A stretch of DNA of 62,236 nt, the filler included, from Choristocarpus tenellus KU-1152 (taxonomy: Eukaryota; Protista; Phaeophyceae): assembly GCA_964200185.2 (NCBI GenBank). It is 9 parts of 9 records of this genome, joined end to end, with 100 filler letters (N's around TTAATTAATTAA, not from the genome) between each part and the next. Parts side by side here need not be neighbours in the genome. Positions count along the whole stretch, not along the records: positions 8,034 to 15,438 come from CAXNAD020006205.1; positions 15,539 to 21,464 come from CAXNAD020009391.1; positions 21,565 to 24,811 come from CAXNAD020021279.1; positions 24,912 to 36,201 come from CAXNAD020002406.1; 5 more parts are not named here. The stretch is one strand, 5' to 3'. The notes under the pieces are model-generated. The model had not been told where the DNA came from. It searched no databases and was given only the letters and a program-made list of their open reading frames with translations. Positions 12,451 through 24,976 of the stretch are shown here, in pieces. Within the stretch, counting starts at the first letter, position 1. Every line of letters starts with the position of its first letter. A program made the translations under genes and the position numbers.

Positions 12451-15438
12451 CTGACACATAAAATTTGTTGCTCTTGTCAGATGTACTCGTGGTAAAAACA
12501 TGCTGTTTCCTCATACTTAAATAGACAAATGTTATTCAGGTCTGATCTCATTTGAATATGCTCTTGATTTGACGTTTCATTCTCAACCATTATCACATAC
12601 TTGGTGTACATACGTCGCTTTATTTCAGGGGCAGCAACAAGGACCTTCTGGACAAGGCTGGAATACTACGCAGCAACAGCCGCAGTTGCCCCAGCAGTGG
12701 CACCCTCAACAGGTTGATTCTGGCTTCCATATACTGCTTGTTCCTTGCAACTGTTATGCTGCTGATCCCCACTCCATTCATGCTGTTTATTGACCTTGAC
12801 TTCAATAGATATTGACGGGGAGAGTAAACAGGCGAATGTCTTTCAGTTTCACAATGTGTTGCAGACAGCTCAGTCATGAGAGTCCCCTGGTTCTGTTTGT
12901 GCAGATTCAATTTTTGAAATACACAGAACAGGTTAAGCAAAGATACGTACCCTGTCTTGCAAGCATAGGGGACAATTTGATTTTGCTGTGACTGACCGGG
13001 TTGTTCTTTGCAGGATAAATCAACACGCAAGGTTTAACACTTGTCCAGTAGTCCTCTACTTTTTGCTGGGTTTTTGTTCTTGTGTCTTGAGGAACACAAT
13101 CGAGTGATACAGTCATTGAGAAGGGTGCGTGTGTGTTTATGTGTACCTTCTGTTATATTACTATAGAATGTTTCTAGAGAGCGGTTTTGTTTTGTGTCCG
13201 ATGAAGGTTTGAGCTTGTAGAGCACAGTACTGTCTGCCTGTTCTATGTACCTACCACTGTGAACAGAGTGCTTAAAGGGTTAAAGGATTGCACGAATAAT
13301 TATTTATCATACTCACAACAATGTAAGTGGGAGGGGGATACAATACTGCCGCCATGGATTTTGTTTGCTACTACCCTCCCCCCCCCTCCTGTGCTCTGTA
13401 AATACCTTACAGATTTGTGTCTTTAAAAGTATATAGTTGTGGTAATTAGTAACTCATGATGCCGTGCATTTGTTTGCCTTGGATAGCATTGGTCTCATCA
13501 ACAGCATCAACAACAGCAGTGGAATGGCCATCCAATGGCACCGGGACCTGGACTCGGACTGGGACCACCAAGGCAGGGAGTGGAGCAAGGACCACCAGGA
13601 CAGGGACTGGGGCAAGGACCACCGGGACAGGTACTGGGGCAAGGTCCACCGAGACAGGGACTGGGGCATGGACCACAGGGACAGGGACTTGGGCAAGGAC
13701 CACAGGGACAAGGACAGGGGCAAGGTCCACAAGTACAGGGACTGGCGCAAGGACTACCGGGATCAGGGATAGGGCAAGGGCCACCTGGACGGGGTCTAGG
13801 CCAAGGACCACCAGGGCAGGGAGCAGGGCAGGAAGCACCAGGACAAGGGCCGGGGCAAGGAGGACCAGGGCAGGAACCAGGTCAAGGGGCACAGGGACCA
13901 GGACAGGGACAGGGGCAGGGACCGAGGCAGGGACTGAGGCAGGGACCTCTAGGGCAGGGACAGGGGCAGGGACCTCCAGGACAGGGACCAGGGCAGCGAG
14001 CACCAGCGCACGAACAGGGGCAGAGACCTCTAGGACAGGGGCACGGACCTCTGGGACAGGGGCAGGGACAAGGACAACGACAAGGACAAAGGAAGACGCT
14101 GGGGCACGGGGGTGCTTCTGGGAGGTGGGGAATACGTGAGGAACATGTGAATAAAGAGGTCACCTTGCAGAAGCAACAACAGACACAACCTCAACAAAAC
14201 TCATTGCAGTTGTCATCGTCACAGCAGCAGATGATGACCGGGGCTGGACAGGCTGTATCTGGGATGGAAGATGGTCTCCAACGGGGCATGCTAGTACAAC
14301 CTCTTCTATTAAATGGTGCACCTCACCCATGTCCGCTCTCGTACCCGGTTGGGGTGCCTCCTACTATGCCAGGACAATCTGCAGTGCAACAGCACCTCTC
14401 ATCTATTGTGAGTGGAGGAAGGTCAAGTCAGGTATCTAATCAGCATGCTGTTGCACTTCAACAACAGAAGCAGCATCAGCATCAGCACCAACAAACGCTT
14501 CAGGCAGAGGTGCTGCAGCAGGGGAAGGCACAGTCTGGGCAGCCTCCTCCGCTTCCGTTGCAATCAACTCAAGCACCCCAACAACTGTTGGGGCAGCAGC
14601 CGCATCTGCCGGTGTCTCAGCAAACACAGCAGCCCCCTCTTCCAACTACCTTGCCGCAGCAACAGCTTCAGCAGCAGTGGCAGCAACAGCAGCAGCAGCA
14701 CCCGAGCCTCTATCCAGGGGGAGGTGGCCAGCAAAACGGCCAACAACAGCATCCAGGTCAGCCACCACTTCCTCCACAGGCAACACCACCACTTCCCCCG
14801 TCACCAGCACAGCAGCAATCACCGAAGAAGCAGCAGAGCTCAGTCATACCGACTGCTCCTCAATCCAGAAAACCTCCACTACCCTCCAACAGTATAGCAC
14901 AGACTGCCATCCCTCACCTTGCAGGTCAGCCACCTCTCCAAGGCCAGATGCCATTACCAGGTCAACCACCACTCCCAGGGCAGCCACCACTCCCAGGCCA
15001 GTCACCCCTCCCAGGCCAGCCACCCCTCCCAGGCCAGTCACCCCTCCCAGGCCAACCACCCCTCCCGGGTCAGCCATCACTTCTGGGTCAGCCCCAGGGT
15101 CATGGACCTGGCTACCAAGTACAGCAGCCACCACTGCCCCCCTCTGGAGACGCTGGGGGTGGGGCAGGGCAGGTGCAGGTCCAGGGTTGGATGCAAGATT
15201 GGGGTCATGGCTACGATGTTCATGGGCAGGGGTGGAGGGGTGTTACTCGACTACAAGGGCAGGGGGGAGGGCTGCCAGGGCAGGGGCAGGTAAATCAACA
15301 ACTGGCACCGCCTCTTCCGTTGGAGAACCAAGGAGCTTCGGCTCCTGCTCAACCGCTGTTGCCTGGGCTCACAGGGCACTCAGGTGGGTGGCATGGTGCT
15401 GGTGGTGTCTGCAGAAGAGCATTACCTAGAATCAGAGG
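11988..15438 (+). CDS. Gln/Gly/Pro-rich low-complexity protein (partial, runs into contig end)
   Basis: Exons 11988-12248, 12629-12712, 13487->15438; GT-AG introns, both phase 0; poly-Q tracts, GQGPPGQG repeats and PGQPPL hexapeptide repeats; 651-aa open frame in exon 3. The first exon may be internal (CAG at 11994-11996). Confidence 0.75.
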
Positions 15439-15555
15439 NNNNNNNNNNNNNNNNNNNNNNNNNNNNNNNNNNNNNNNNNNNNTTAATTAATTAANNNNNN
15501 NNNNNNNNNNNNNNNNNNNNNNNNNNNNNNNNNNNNNNCCCCCTAATTTGCATAG

Positions 15556-17713
15556 AAACAACAGAAGTTGTGGAGAGCGTTGAGGAGCCTGCTGCAGACC
15601 CGGTGCCACAAAAGACTGCAGTCAAGTCACCAACAGTAGCAGCAGCTTCAGCAGCAGCAAAGGCCAAAGAGGCGATTGTCAATGCGCAGGCCGTGGAAGC
15701 TAAGACCAAGACCAACGCCCGTCCAATAGGGGTAAGCTCATTGAGTGTTGTACCTTACCCATCCATTGTGATAAACCTGGTGCCAACTAGCTAACACTAG
15801 TACTTAGCCTGTGCCTCCTTCACAGTGATGAATCAAATGCAAAACTGCTCATGGAGTACTGGGAGATGGAGGATTGAGGTAGAGTGAGTGTAAAATGATG
15901 TTGCTGTCATGGCGATGCTCTTGATGTGCAAGAGGCACCACCTAATGTAATAAAATTCATTGCTTCCTATTCCAGGAAGGCTTGCTACCAATAGTGTCTC
16001 CTTTGATGTGGCTTTTGATGTGATAATGCCGCGAATCCGCTTCCCTCCGTGATGGGGTAAGGTCATTTTGTTTTGAGGGGCCATACACTGTATTTGTTAT
16101 GAAGGGAAGTGCAAGCATCTGCGAAAGTGCCAGAGCACTCATTTAGTCATGGTGCATTGGACAGTAGGGTTCAGTTGTGTGTCATTGAATGCATTGCTGT
16201 TGCGTTGATATAGGTCGCACTCCTGTTTTCTTGTTCGTCTGTATTGATGTAAGGCCATGTCATTCAATACCTGTGCTTACAAGCCTAGGGTAGAGTGAGA
16301 ATTGCAAAGGAGTATATTCCCGCCCGGTAAGTTGGAACCGAGAGTATTCCAATGATGGTGCCCATGCAAATGGGTGGTATCCATATTTGCTGTGAAGGTT
16401 TTAATTTTTTGGTGTGTGAAGGAAAGTCTTGAGATCCCCTCTAGAAAAAAACGCCCCTAACACTGTTGTTTAGCCGTAAGTAACAAACTGAGTTGCCAAT
16501 GTGCTCTTTTTCAGAGGAAGGATGCTGGGGGAGCAACAGCCCTCAACCGCCCCAAGCAGATCCAGGGAGTGTTTGAAGAGCTTCAGAAGAAGGCAGTTGC
16601 CAACTACAAGAGTACACCCACTGTGGCTGCACCTGTAGTTAACACCGAAGAGCTGGAGGCAAAGCTTGAGACCCTCCTGGGTGAGAGCAACTACTGCCCT
16701 GCTAAGCTGCCTTCGGAGCAGAAGGCTACGCTAAAGGAGATCCTTGATGATCTGATGGAGTCCTACCCTCAGAGCGCAACACCGCTTGATGACAATGCCC
16801 TTGAGGGGCAATGGAGTTTGGTCTACTCTTCCAAGAAAAACGTAAGGCTTGCTAGGGAAGGCTTGATAAAGGTAGAGGGGGGAAAGGAGTGAGAGTGGTT
16901 GTGCTGTGATACACAAGGTTGGCGATGATATGTTTTGAATGGGAATATGAACTATGGGTCTGCGGTGAGAAAAGTTAAGTTGGGGTGACTTCAAGCATTT
17001 TTACTTTCTAAGGGTCAGCCCTGTTCAAACAATTGAAGCACTACCAAACGCCTCCATGCGAAAGAGGAAATGGAGTTTGGGGGGAGGTGGATGTGGGGGA
17101 TGTCATGGATCCCCTCGGTAATTGAACTTCCAGTGTTTCTTTGTCTCGAATTATTCCATTATTAGTCATCATCTTACGTAGAGTGCAGTTTGCAGGAAAT
17201 TTGTCAGGCGTTTATAGAGAAACCGCATCAACACTCTCGTCCAAACTCTTCCATGTCTTCAGACATCATCACAAAGACCTTCGCGTGCACGTTCTTGAGC
17301 CCCGCTCCCTTCACCCACCTACCCACCCTAATCCTCGTGTGTACAATTTTTGTCTGCAGCTGTTTTCGGGTGTGATGGGAAAGAAGCGTTCGCTGCTGTT
17401 CAAGGTTTCCCAGCCCCTCCAGGACATCAATGCTGCAAAGATGCTCATCGTTAACTCCTTCAGACTGCGCTTGCGACTGACACCCCTGGGCTCTCGAGTG
17501 ACCCAGCTTGGCTCGTACAAGGAAGCACCACGTTCTTCCACCACTGAGGGCAAGCGTGCATTTCAGGCAGAGTTCAACCGGGGACGCTGGATGGGTTTGC
17601 TCCCGGTTTTCCGCAAAGACAAGATTGAGGGAGAAGTTACATACTTGTCAAAGGCCTGGCGGATCTGCAAGTCTGGGGACCATGTGGTCGCTTTCCGGAA
17701 GGTTGAGGAATGA
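15556..17713 (+). CDS. PAP/fibrillin-domain (plastid lipid-associated) protein, 3' exons
   Basis: Exons 15556-15731, 16515-16841, 17360-17713 (GT-AG, both internal junctions phase 0); motifs LEGQWSLVYSS and EVTYLSKAWRICKSG resemble the fibrillin LxGxWxLxYT and xTYLDxxxRIxRG motifs; 5' exons missing at the contig break. Confidence 0.8.
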
Positions 17714-19823
17714 GTTGAACACATTGGGGGGGGGGAAGGTGAGATAGGAGGGGGGGAGTGAAGTGCTCTCTGCCGACAAAAGGAGGTCAATGTGGTGGGG
17801 GGGAAAGCATTTTTGTGTGTTATGTGTGTGTGCTTGGGTCTGAACATCCACGGAATGTGCTTCAGTATCTCTGCCTTGAAGTGGTGTGATGGCTTGGGAT
17901 AATGAAGTGGTTTGGTGAGAAATGGAGTGGGGAGCGAGGGGAGACAATGTGTGTGTGTTGTGGTGTTTCCACTAAGGTAAGGGCTTGGCAGAACAAGGCC
18001 TCCTTTCAGGGTGTGATTCTGTTCACATGAACTCATTAAGGATGAGCCAGTACAAGCAGGAGGGAGGAGTGAGCATAGGAGTTGAGAGATGAGAAGGGCA
18101 AGGCTTTCATCTTTTCCCCATGTACTATATCTTATGGTGTCAATTTTCAAGTTGGATTTGGTAAGTTGGGAAGGGGGAGGGCGCAGGCAGCTCTTGCTGC
18201 CCCTTTTACATCCTTCTCCCCCCAACTGCCCTCTCATCCCAATTCTGGCTGTGTGTTTGACCCCCTGTACCACAACTTCACTAGGGTACCCATCATTAAT
18301 TGATTGTTACCTTAACACTGAGGTAACATGACTTGTGTTTTTTCAATGAAAGATTTAATTGGCGACTGGGACCTGTGATCATTTCAGGGCACTGATGGGG
18401 AATATGTCTTGTGACATGAGAATTTTTTGTTTTTTTCTGGTTGTGCAAGGCAGTAGAAAAGTGGTGATGCCATGACAGTTTCGAGTATGTAAAGAGAAGT
18501 GTGTCAATCCTTATGTGAGTTGCTTAGGAGAGAGAGGGGCGAGTGTGTGTTGTTTCTATGGTATAGTATAGCACATGCAAGATTGTGCATTGGTGAGTCT
18601 GGTGAGAGCACTTGAGAGAGGGCCTACCAAACCTAACTGTGCAGGCAATTGCAGTGAAGAAACAGGGGCTATGATGGTCTTGGCAGGCACACAGACAGGT
18701 GACTGTGGTGGTTATTAGAAGTCGCACTGCTGATGGTGGCTGTCAGCACGCCCTCTGAGGTGTGAGGCAGATAGATGGTAAGACATGGATGTAGTTGAGA
18801 GGGCGAGGGAGTTTGAGAAGGGGAGAAGGGCTACAGGTGGAAGTGGAAGAGAGTTGTCTGCTATGCAAGGCGTGTATACAATTGACTGGCACAGGAGGGG
18901 TGAGGAGGGGGGGGGGGGGAATCTCTATGAATGACTTTTATTCGCTTTTACATGGGTGAGTAAGGAGTGTTACGACTATGGTAGGGACATTGTGAACTCT
19001 GGGAGAGTTGCACCTACTACATAGTATTTAAATGAAGTTCTTTGCCTGCCTTGTTGTAATCGTTGGGGGGTTTGATGGGAAGGAGGTGGGAAGGAGTGTA
19101 GTAGTCAAATCATTAGTGTGGGTATTTTCTACATGTGGGATGTGGATGGGTGGATGGATGAATTTGCATCCGTGTGCTGATAATGCACAATTTATCAATA
19201 TGGGACCTTAAATGATCTTGAAGGAGATGTCACAATAAATTTTCGATCTGATGATTGCCACTTCATTTCGGGTGTATTCCCACCAACTTCAAATCTTCAA
19301 GCATTTTTTCTGGGCACTGAAAGTATGCAGCAAATGTTCTAGTGGAACTCCCCTCCTGTTTACAAAGACCAATGTGCCACTGTTACGGTTTTGCACTGCA
19401 AGCCAGTGCAATGTTAAAACTACTTTGTAGGAAGACTCCATAAACTGAAATACGCGTTTTTAAAGACATGGCTTGATGACCTTCCTTAGAGAGGAAGTCA
19501 GAGTTCAGAAAACTATCCAACCCAGTAAGGGCAGGTTCTAACACTTGTGGAAACATTAAGAACAACTGTTGTGCGCTTGGTGTTATTCCTTTGTCTTGCC
19601 ATCCCTGATTACCATGATGCAAGTTTTGGTTTCAAGACATTTAAATAGGTAAGATTACTTTACCTTCTTATCCAAACCTGAGGACGCTGGGTCCCCCATT
19701 GGGCTAATCATTTAACAGTTTCTTTCTCATTTTTCGAAAGCAAAAAACCTAACCTGATTGTGCCACTGCTGTCTGATTATTGACATTTTTCACAAAAAGT
19801 TCCACCTGCTCAAAGTGTGTTAA

Positions 19824-20076
19824 GAGTCAAAGTAATGAGAGGTACCCAGAGTTGCATTTAAAGGATGTTGACAACCATGTGCAAAAAATTAGACTTTTTT
19901 ACAAATGGGTGTAGGATATATTCTGAATTGTGTGAAAGAGTTTCAAACAAAATAGAAGTCAGCGCTCTCAAGTCAAATGTAGTTCATAGAAATACGGGTG
20001 AATTTGTAAAAGATCTAAAAACTGGCTTATAATGCAAAGAAACCAAAATCTGAGTACCTCTTTTTTTGTTTGGCTC
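19824..20076. mobile_element. MITE family C
   Basis: GAGTCAAAGTAATGAGAGGTACC...GTACCTCTTTTTTTGTTTGGCTC; collinear with 741-991. Confidence 0.8.
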
Positions 20077-20518
20077 TGATTTTCACAAATAGGGGTCTTC
20101 AAATTTGGTGTCTTTTTTTAGCATTGAACACTTTTTGAGGAGCTTGCTCAAGTGGTTACAATGGTGGAGTGATGCCTATTGCTACATACCATGTAGCAGT
20201 AACCTAAAAACATATTGAAGATGCCCTGGTCGCCCCCTCCCTCACTACAGCTCCATATATAGTACACTCCTTCATACTGTACACATAGCCTTCCTGGTTG
20301 TATTCAACCAAATCCCACTCCTCTCCCTACTCTCACCATGCTGGAACTGCTGTTTTAGCCACAGGAAAGGATGTATGTGTATGTGTTACGTCTGTATGCA
20401 CGTATGTATTGTAGTAGTAAGTTATAAAGGATAATTGAGTCCTTGATCTTAACAGCAGTTTTCCTTCTGTCAAACTGTCCCATTAGCAGACAAAAAAGAC
20501 AAAAAAGACAAAAAAAAT

Positions 20519-20795
20519 TGTAACACGGGTAGGTCATAAAAATATTATCACCCACAATAAGATCAGGAACATTTAGTATGATGTGACACTTAGGTCAGGT
20601 TTGATCAATTGCTTTTACTTAGTAATACGCCTAATATACTTTGAACAAAAACAGGTCATAGAGAAAGGTGACGGCCCTCACTTAATCCATTAAGGGGGTC
20701 TACAAGAGCTTGCTCATCCGAGACTCTTACCTCTTCTGATACTCAAAGTAAAAAAAGAAATTGAAGAATCATCCCCCTCAGTCTCCCACCTCTCT
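20519..20795 (-). mobile_element. Possible 3' LTR plus polypurine tract of an LTR retroelement
   Basis: Minus strand reads AGAGAGGTGGGAGACTGAGGGGGA-TG...~250 bp...GTGTTACA; no second LTR in the window. Confidence 0.3.
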
Positions 20796-21564
20796 CCTCA
20801 ATCCAAGTACCAAACAGCCACCCTCAATAAAACTAAGCACCAGAGAGCAGGTTGGGAGAATTGGAGGCCACACTAAACAGTAGGACGAGCAAAAGAGGGA
20901 AAAAAAAAGAATAAGAGAGATCAAAGACAGGCGGGTCATCACCGAAGTGGAGTGAAAGACACACAACAAAAAGAGTGCTCATCAGGTTAGACACCCCACA
21001 CACACCCACAAGAGCACAAAACCCCTCAACAAAGTCACCATCACAAAAAAATGAGAGCATGGATCAATGCCCCCCTCAAGCCTTCCCCGCAACACAACTT
21101 GAGGATGCTGGACACTACACAGCACATACAAACTATGCTCCAGCACTCTCTTCTCCCCCTCAAGACAGTAAAAAACATGTATCTCTTCTCCGACTGTACA
21201 TGCCTGGTCAAGGGCATATACACCCTACCACAGCGCCGAGAATAATTAAGACACCTACAGTATCTCGCCCTCACCATAAGAAATAGCTCCATATAAATCC
21301 GGGGGACCCCCATTGCATGTCCAAACCAGACAGCTCCGTACCCGTTTTCGACTTGCTTGTGCTGTTAGGGTTCCCAACCTCAAGACTCACAGATTCTCCC
21401 CCCCCTCCCCATCCCAATAGAACAAGAGTCTTGTCCTTGCCATTTGTCTGCACAAGCTAGGACCNNNNNNNNNNNNNNNNNNNNNNNNNNNNNNNNNNNN
21501 NNNNNNNNTTAATTAATTAANNNNNNNNNNNNNNNNNNNNNNNNNNNNNNNNNNNNNNNNNNNN

Positions 21565-21678
21565 GTGATTTGGTTCCATACATTGGATGGATAATGAAAG
21601 TGCACTTTTCCTGGTTTTGGTCGAATTGGTCACTCTGGTGTAGACCCCCCCCCCCCCCCCTCCCAGATACTTTGGGTC
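21565..21678. mobile_element. MITE family A, partial (contig start)
   Basis: Matches the distal half of 54244-54421; ends CCCAGATACTTTGGGTC. Confidence 0.8.
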
Positions 21679-21774
21679 ACTTGTCTGCAGCAATGTGTAC
21701 ACATGATGATGTTATGTTCGGGTTGTTCGTTCGCATTCCTTGCCAACTCCCTTGACGCTTTGCCCCATGCTCAG

Positions 21775-22632
21775 GTTCAGGTGGGCAAACGCTAGAACTG
21801 CCAGGGCGACAGATTTCACAGCCGTTGAGCTTCAAGTCTCGAAAGCAGTGGAGGTAATTGAGAACATACAATGTACACAGTTCCCCCGCAACAGTGTGCA
21901 CCTGAAGAAATGAGAAAGTTTGTGTAGTGTTGAGATCACAATAGTTTTTTTACGTGCTTTCTTTATGGTGTTGCCCCCTTGCCCCCGCCCCCCACTAGAA
22001 GTATCCTTCTGAGTGAGGAGTGAAAGTATCTTAAGAGGGTAGGAGTTTTGCCCTGTTTGTCCATTTGGGGCTTGGCTTCCCATGGGGTGTTTTTATGGCA
22101 TTTTCCTACTCCAAAATGTTTAGGAGTTTGTAAAATGTATGTCATGAAAAGGTGTGTCCGGAACAAGGATATTGACGCTTCCTAACAAACAGGATAACCA
22201 AACATTACATCAAAATCGCAACATTTGATTCTGGCCCCTAAATTGACGCGGCTCTACCCTCTAAGATGCTTTGGCTCTGAGGTTACATCATTTATGTTAG
22301 AAGTGTTTCACAAAGCAGGTGCCCCTTGCGTCTTATCAAATAGCAAGCAACCACAGCAGTCTGGTCGTCCATTGAATTTCCCTTCTTTGCAGTTGGATGT
22401 CAACAGGGAAGTCAAGAACTGCTGCTATAACACCAATGACTGGTTTGGCGTATGGGCTAAGCCTCACTTCAAGAAGGTTGACAAAGAGCTGAAGAAGCTC
22501 GCTGATAAAATACCAAGGAGGAAAAACCCTTCTGTTCGCATAAGGAGATCCTTTGAAGTACTGTACACACCAAATGCTGCTATTAGTACACATGAAGAAG
22601 TAGTTACATACATAGCAAAATATCGTGTGTAG
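21775..22632 (+). CDS. Last two exons of an unidentified protein
   Basis: Exons ~21775(or 21781)-21853 (..RWANARTARATDFTAVELQVSKAVE|GTAATT) and 22393-22632 (TTGCAG|LDVNREVKNCCYNTNDWFGVWAKPHF...KYRV*), phase 0 junction; the intron holds a MITE. Confidence 0.5.
22018..22277. mobile_element. MITE family B (reverse orientation) with 4-bp TSD TGAG
   Basis: TIRs GAGTGAAAGTATCTTAAGAGGGTAG / CTACCCTCTAAGATGCTTTGGCTC; TGAG on both flanks. Confidence 0.88.
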
Positions 22633-24811
22633 AACGGTAGATTAGTGATGGATCAGGACATTGGAATAATATAGAGATATTGAAGAAATAGTTAAGAAAA
22701 TGTTTCTATCCGTAATATGTCGGAAATGTTTCCACCAGTTATCTACCAGGAGTGTGTGAAAGCATAATTAGGGAGACTAGGAACTACCCCTCCTTATGGA
22801 TAGGGCTCAGTCTTTGCTTTAACTTAATAAAGCACATTCCACACCCTTATCTTCTTGGTGAAATACCACACTCTTTTGGAGTGTGCGAACATGTTTTAAA
22901 ATGAGCTATCTTCCGTATAGTGCACTACAAACCAAATGTACTGCGTGATCTGCTTTATTTAAGGAGGCAGCAGAAGGAAGAGTCGGGGACATCATTACTT
23001 CATGGGGTGACTGAGACATGGCGGGAGAAATCAAGGCAGCTATTCAAGTGAGGGTCAAGGCACAGCTAGGGGAGTGTGTGGCCTTGATCATAGCTGAGGC
23101 TGTGGAAGCCACTTTGGCCGAGCAAGGAGGGCAGGCTGTGATAAGGAAGCCGGAACAACAGGAACAGCAGTTGCAATCACAACCCTTGCAGAGGAGCAGG
23201 GATTCGACGTACAGATTGGAGGTACCAGTGTGGAATGGTGAGACCAAAGAGAGGATTGCATGGAAACCTCGTGTCCGAGCTTTTATAGCGACGACCAGGA
23301 CATCACGTGCGTTCAGTTGGGAGCTGGACCATCTGCAGGAAGGAGCAGATTAAGGAAGCATATTTACAACAGCGGAAGCATGGCACTTCTCAATGGTTGT
23401 AAGGGAACAGCGCTGGAGATTGTGATTGAGCATGAGGAACCCAGAACCAATATCAACGTGTTGTTGTGTGAATATTATATGAACCTCATACTTTTGACGA
23501 GAGACATCGGGTTTGAGATGAGTTCCGGTCCATCAGGTTTGGACCTGGGGAGGAACCCCAACCATAGATCTTAAAAGCCCGTCAACTGGGTAAGAGGTTA
23601 ACTTCATTGGGGCAAATGATCAGCGATGAGCTAAAGTGACTATTCTGGGTGGACTACCAGAAGAGTATGAGCTAGAACAACGAATGTTACTAATGAGAGC
23701 AACAACTCTAATGAGGACAGAGTTGAAACAGGGAATTTGCGAACAGATTTCGCCAGTTGAAACAGATCTCCATCAGGGGAGGACGATTGCAGCTTTGGCG
23801 TCCAGAAGGCAGAATTTGGCACTACGGTCGGAGTGGATAAAATGCTGCGCCTGTGGCAAGAAGGAACACTACAGCAATAATTGTCCCACCCAGTACAAGG
23901 AATGTGACATCTGTGAGGGAAGACGGGGCTGTTAAGCTGTCCTTGACGATCTGTTGTCCCACACAACTAGTTATATTATTGTTTATTAACTTGTACCACA
24001 GTTGAGAAGAGAGTGATATACCTGTACTAGGTGGGGCTCACCAGTCCTTACATTGAATTACTCAGAATATCAAATGACTCAACGTTTCTCTAGTACGCGT
24101 CAGAAACACTCCGACTCTAATAGTCCGCCGATTACTTCTGGTCAAATATCCCGCTTAAACATCCCGAATGTCCCGCATTATCTTCTGTGCGTACATAAAA
24201 TAATACTTCAAATCATATTCTCACAAATGGTCAAGCATTATCTTGACAGGGGCGTTTGGCAGCAACATGCCGTGGTTGATATTTGGGGCTCAGGAGATCG
24301 CGGTCATACTGCTGGTTGAGGTGCTGGCAATGATGGGGACAATGAAGGTACCAGTGGAAGCGAGAGCACTCAAGATCGTGCTTTACGTGGTACGAATGTT
24401 GGCAGGAAACACTAACGTAGAGGAGGAGCAATGGTAGTGACCAGCAAGTCATCCTGCGACATGGGGAAACCACCAGATGTTGAAGGATGGATTTTTGACA
24501 CTAGTGCAAGCGGTTACATGACAAGTTCTTTCTCTGGTATATGAGGTTGGAAGAAGGTGGACAGGAACACGACTCCACACAGGATGAGGTTGGAGGTATC
24601 TGCCTAGCCCACACTGGGGCTAGAGATGTCATTCTCGCCCAAGAGGGGAGTGAAGGAGATGTTGATCGAGGAGGATCGATGTTTGAGGCTACTACATCAG
24701 TGGAGGATGCTGTAGCAATGAGTAAGCTTCCCCCTAAGGGGGTTGAAGTGAATGCCGTTGTCCCAGGGGGGATTGTTGGGAGGGAGGGACCCACCCCAAA
24801 GATGGCACCGC
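22628..24811 (+). mobile_element. Degenerate Ty1/Copia LTR retrotransposon (gag and pol remnants)
   Basis: Frameshifted gag pieces VPVWNG..WKPRVRAF and ILGGLPEEYE, CCHC knuckle CCACGKKEHYSNNC (~23860); DRALRGTNVG resembles the post-integrase motif; possible 5' LTR TGTAG...ACCACA 22628-22870 containing AATAAA. Confidence 0.7.
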
Positions 24812-24911
24812 NNNNNNNNNNNNNNNNNNNNNNNNNNNNNNNNNNNNNNNNNNNNTTAATTAATTAANNNNNNNNNNNNNNNNNNNNNNNNNNNNNNNNN
24901 NNNNNNNNNNN

Positions 24912-24976
24912 CCCCCATATATTTCAAGCCAGGGTCAAAACGGACGCCGGCATCCCCCCCCTAGATACTTTGACCC
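24912..24976. mobile_element. MITE family D terminus (also 36183-36201, 36302-36322 at contig edges)
   Basis: GGTCAAAACGGACGCCGGCATCCCCCCCCTAGATACTTTGACCC, same terminus as 57150-57208 and 57435-57484. Confidence 0.65.

Noticed and set aside
13446-14163. Alternative-frame and antisense ORFs over the GQG repeat (TGT, DHRD, VPV, CP repeats)
   Set aside because: Shadow frames of a repetitive exon; only the Q/G/P frame is phase-linked to upstream exons.
13487-17713. Apparent fusion of the Q/G/P protein to the fibrillin domain
   Set aside because: Separated by an artificial linker; the contigs need not be adjacent.
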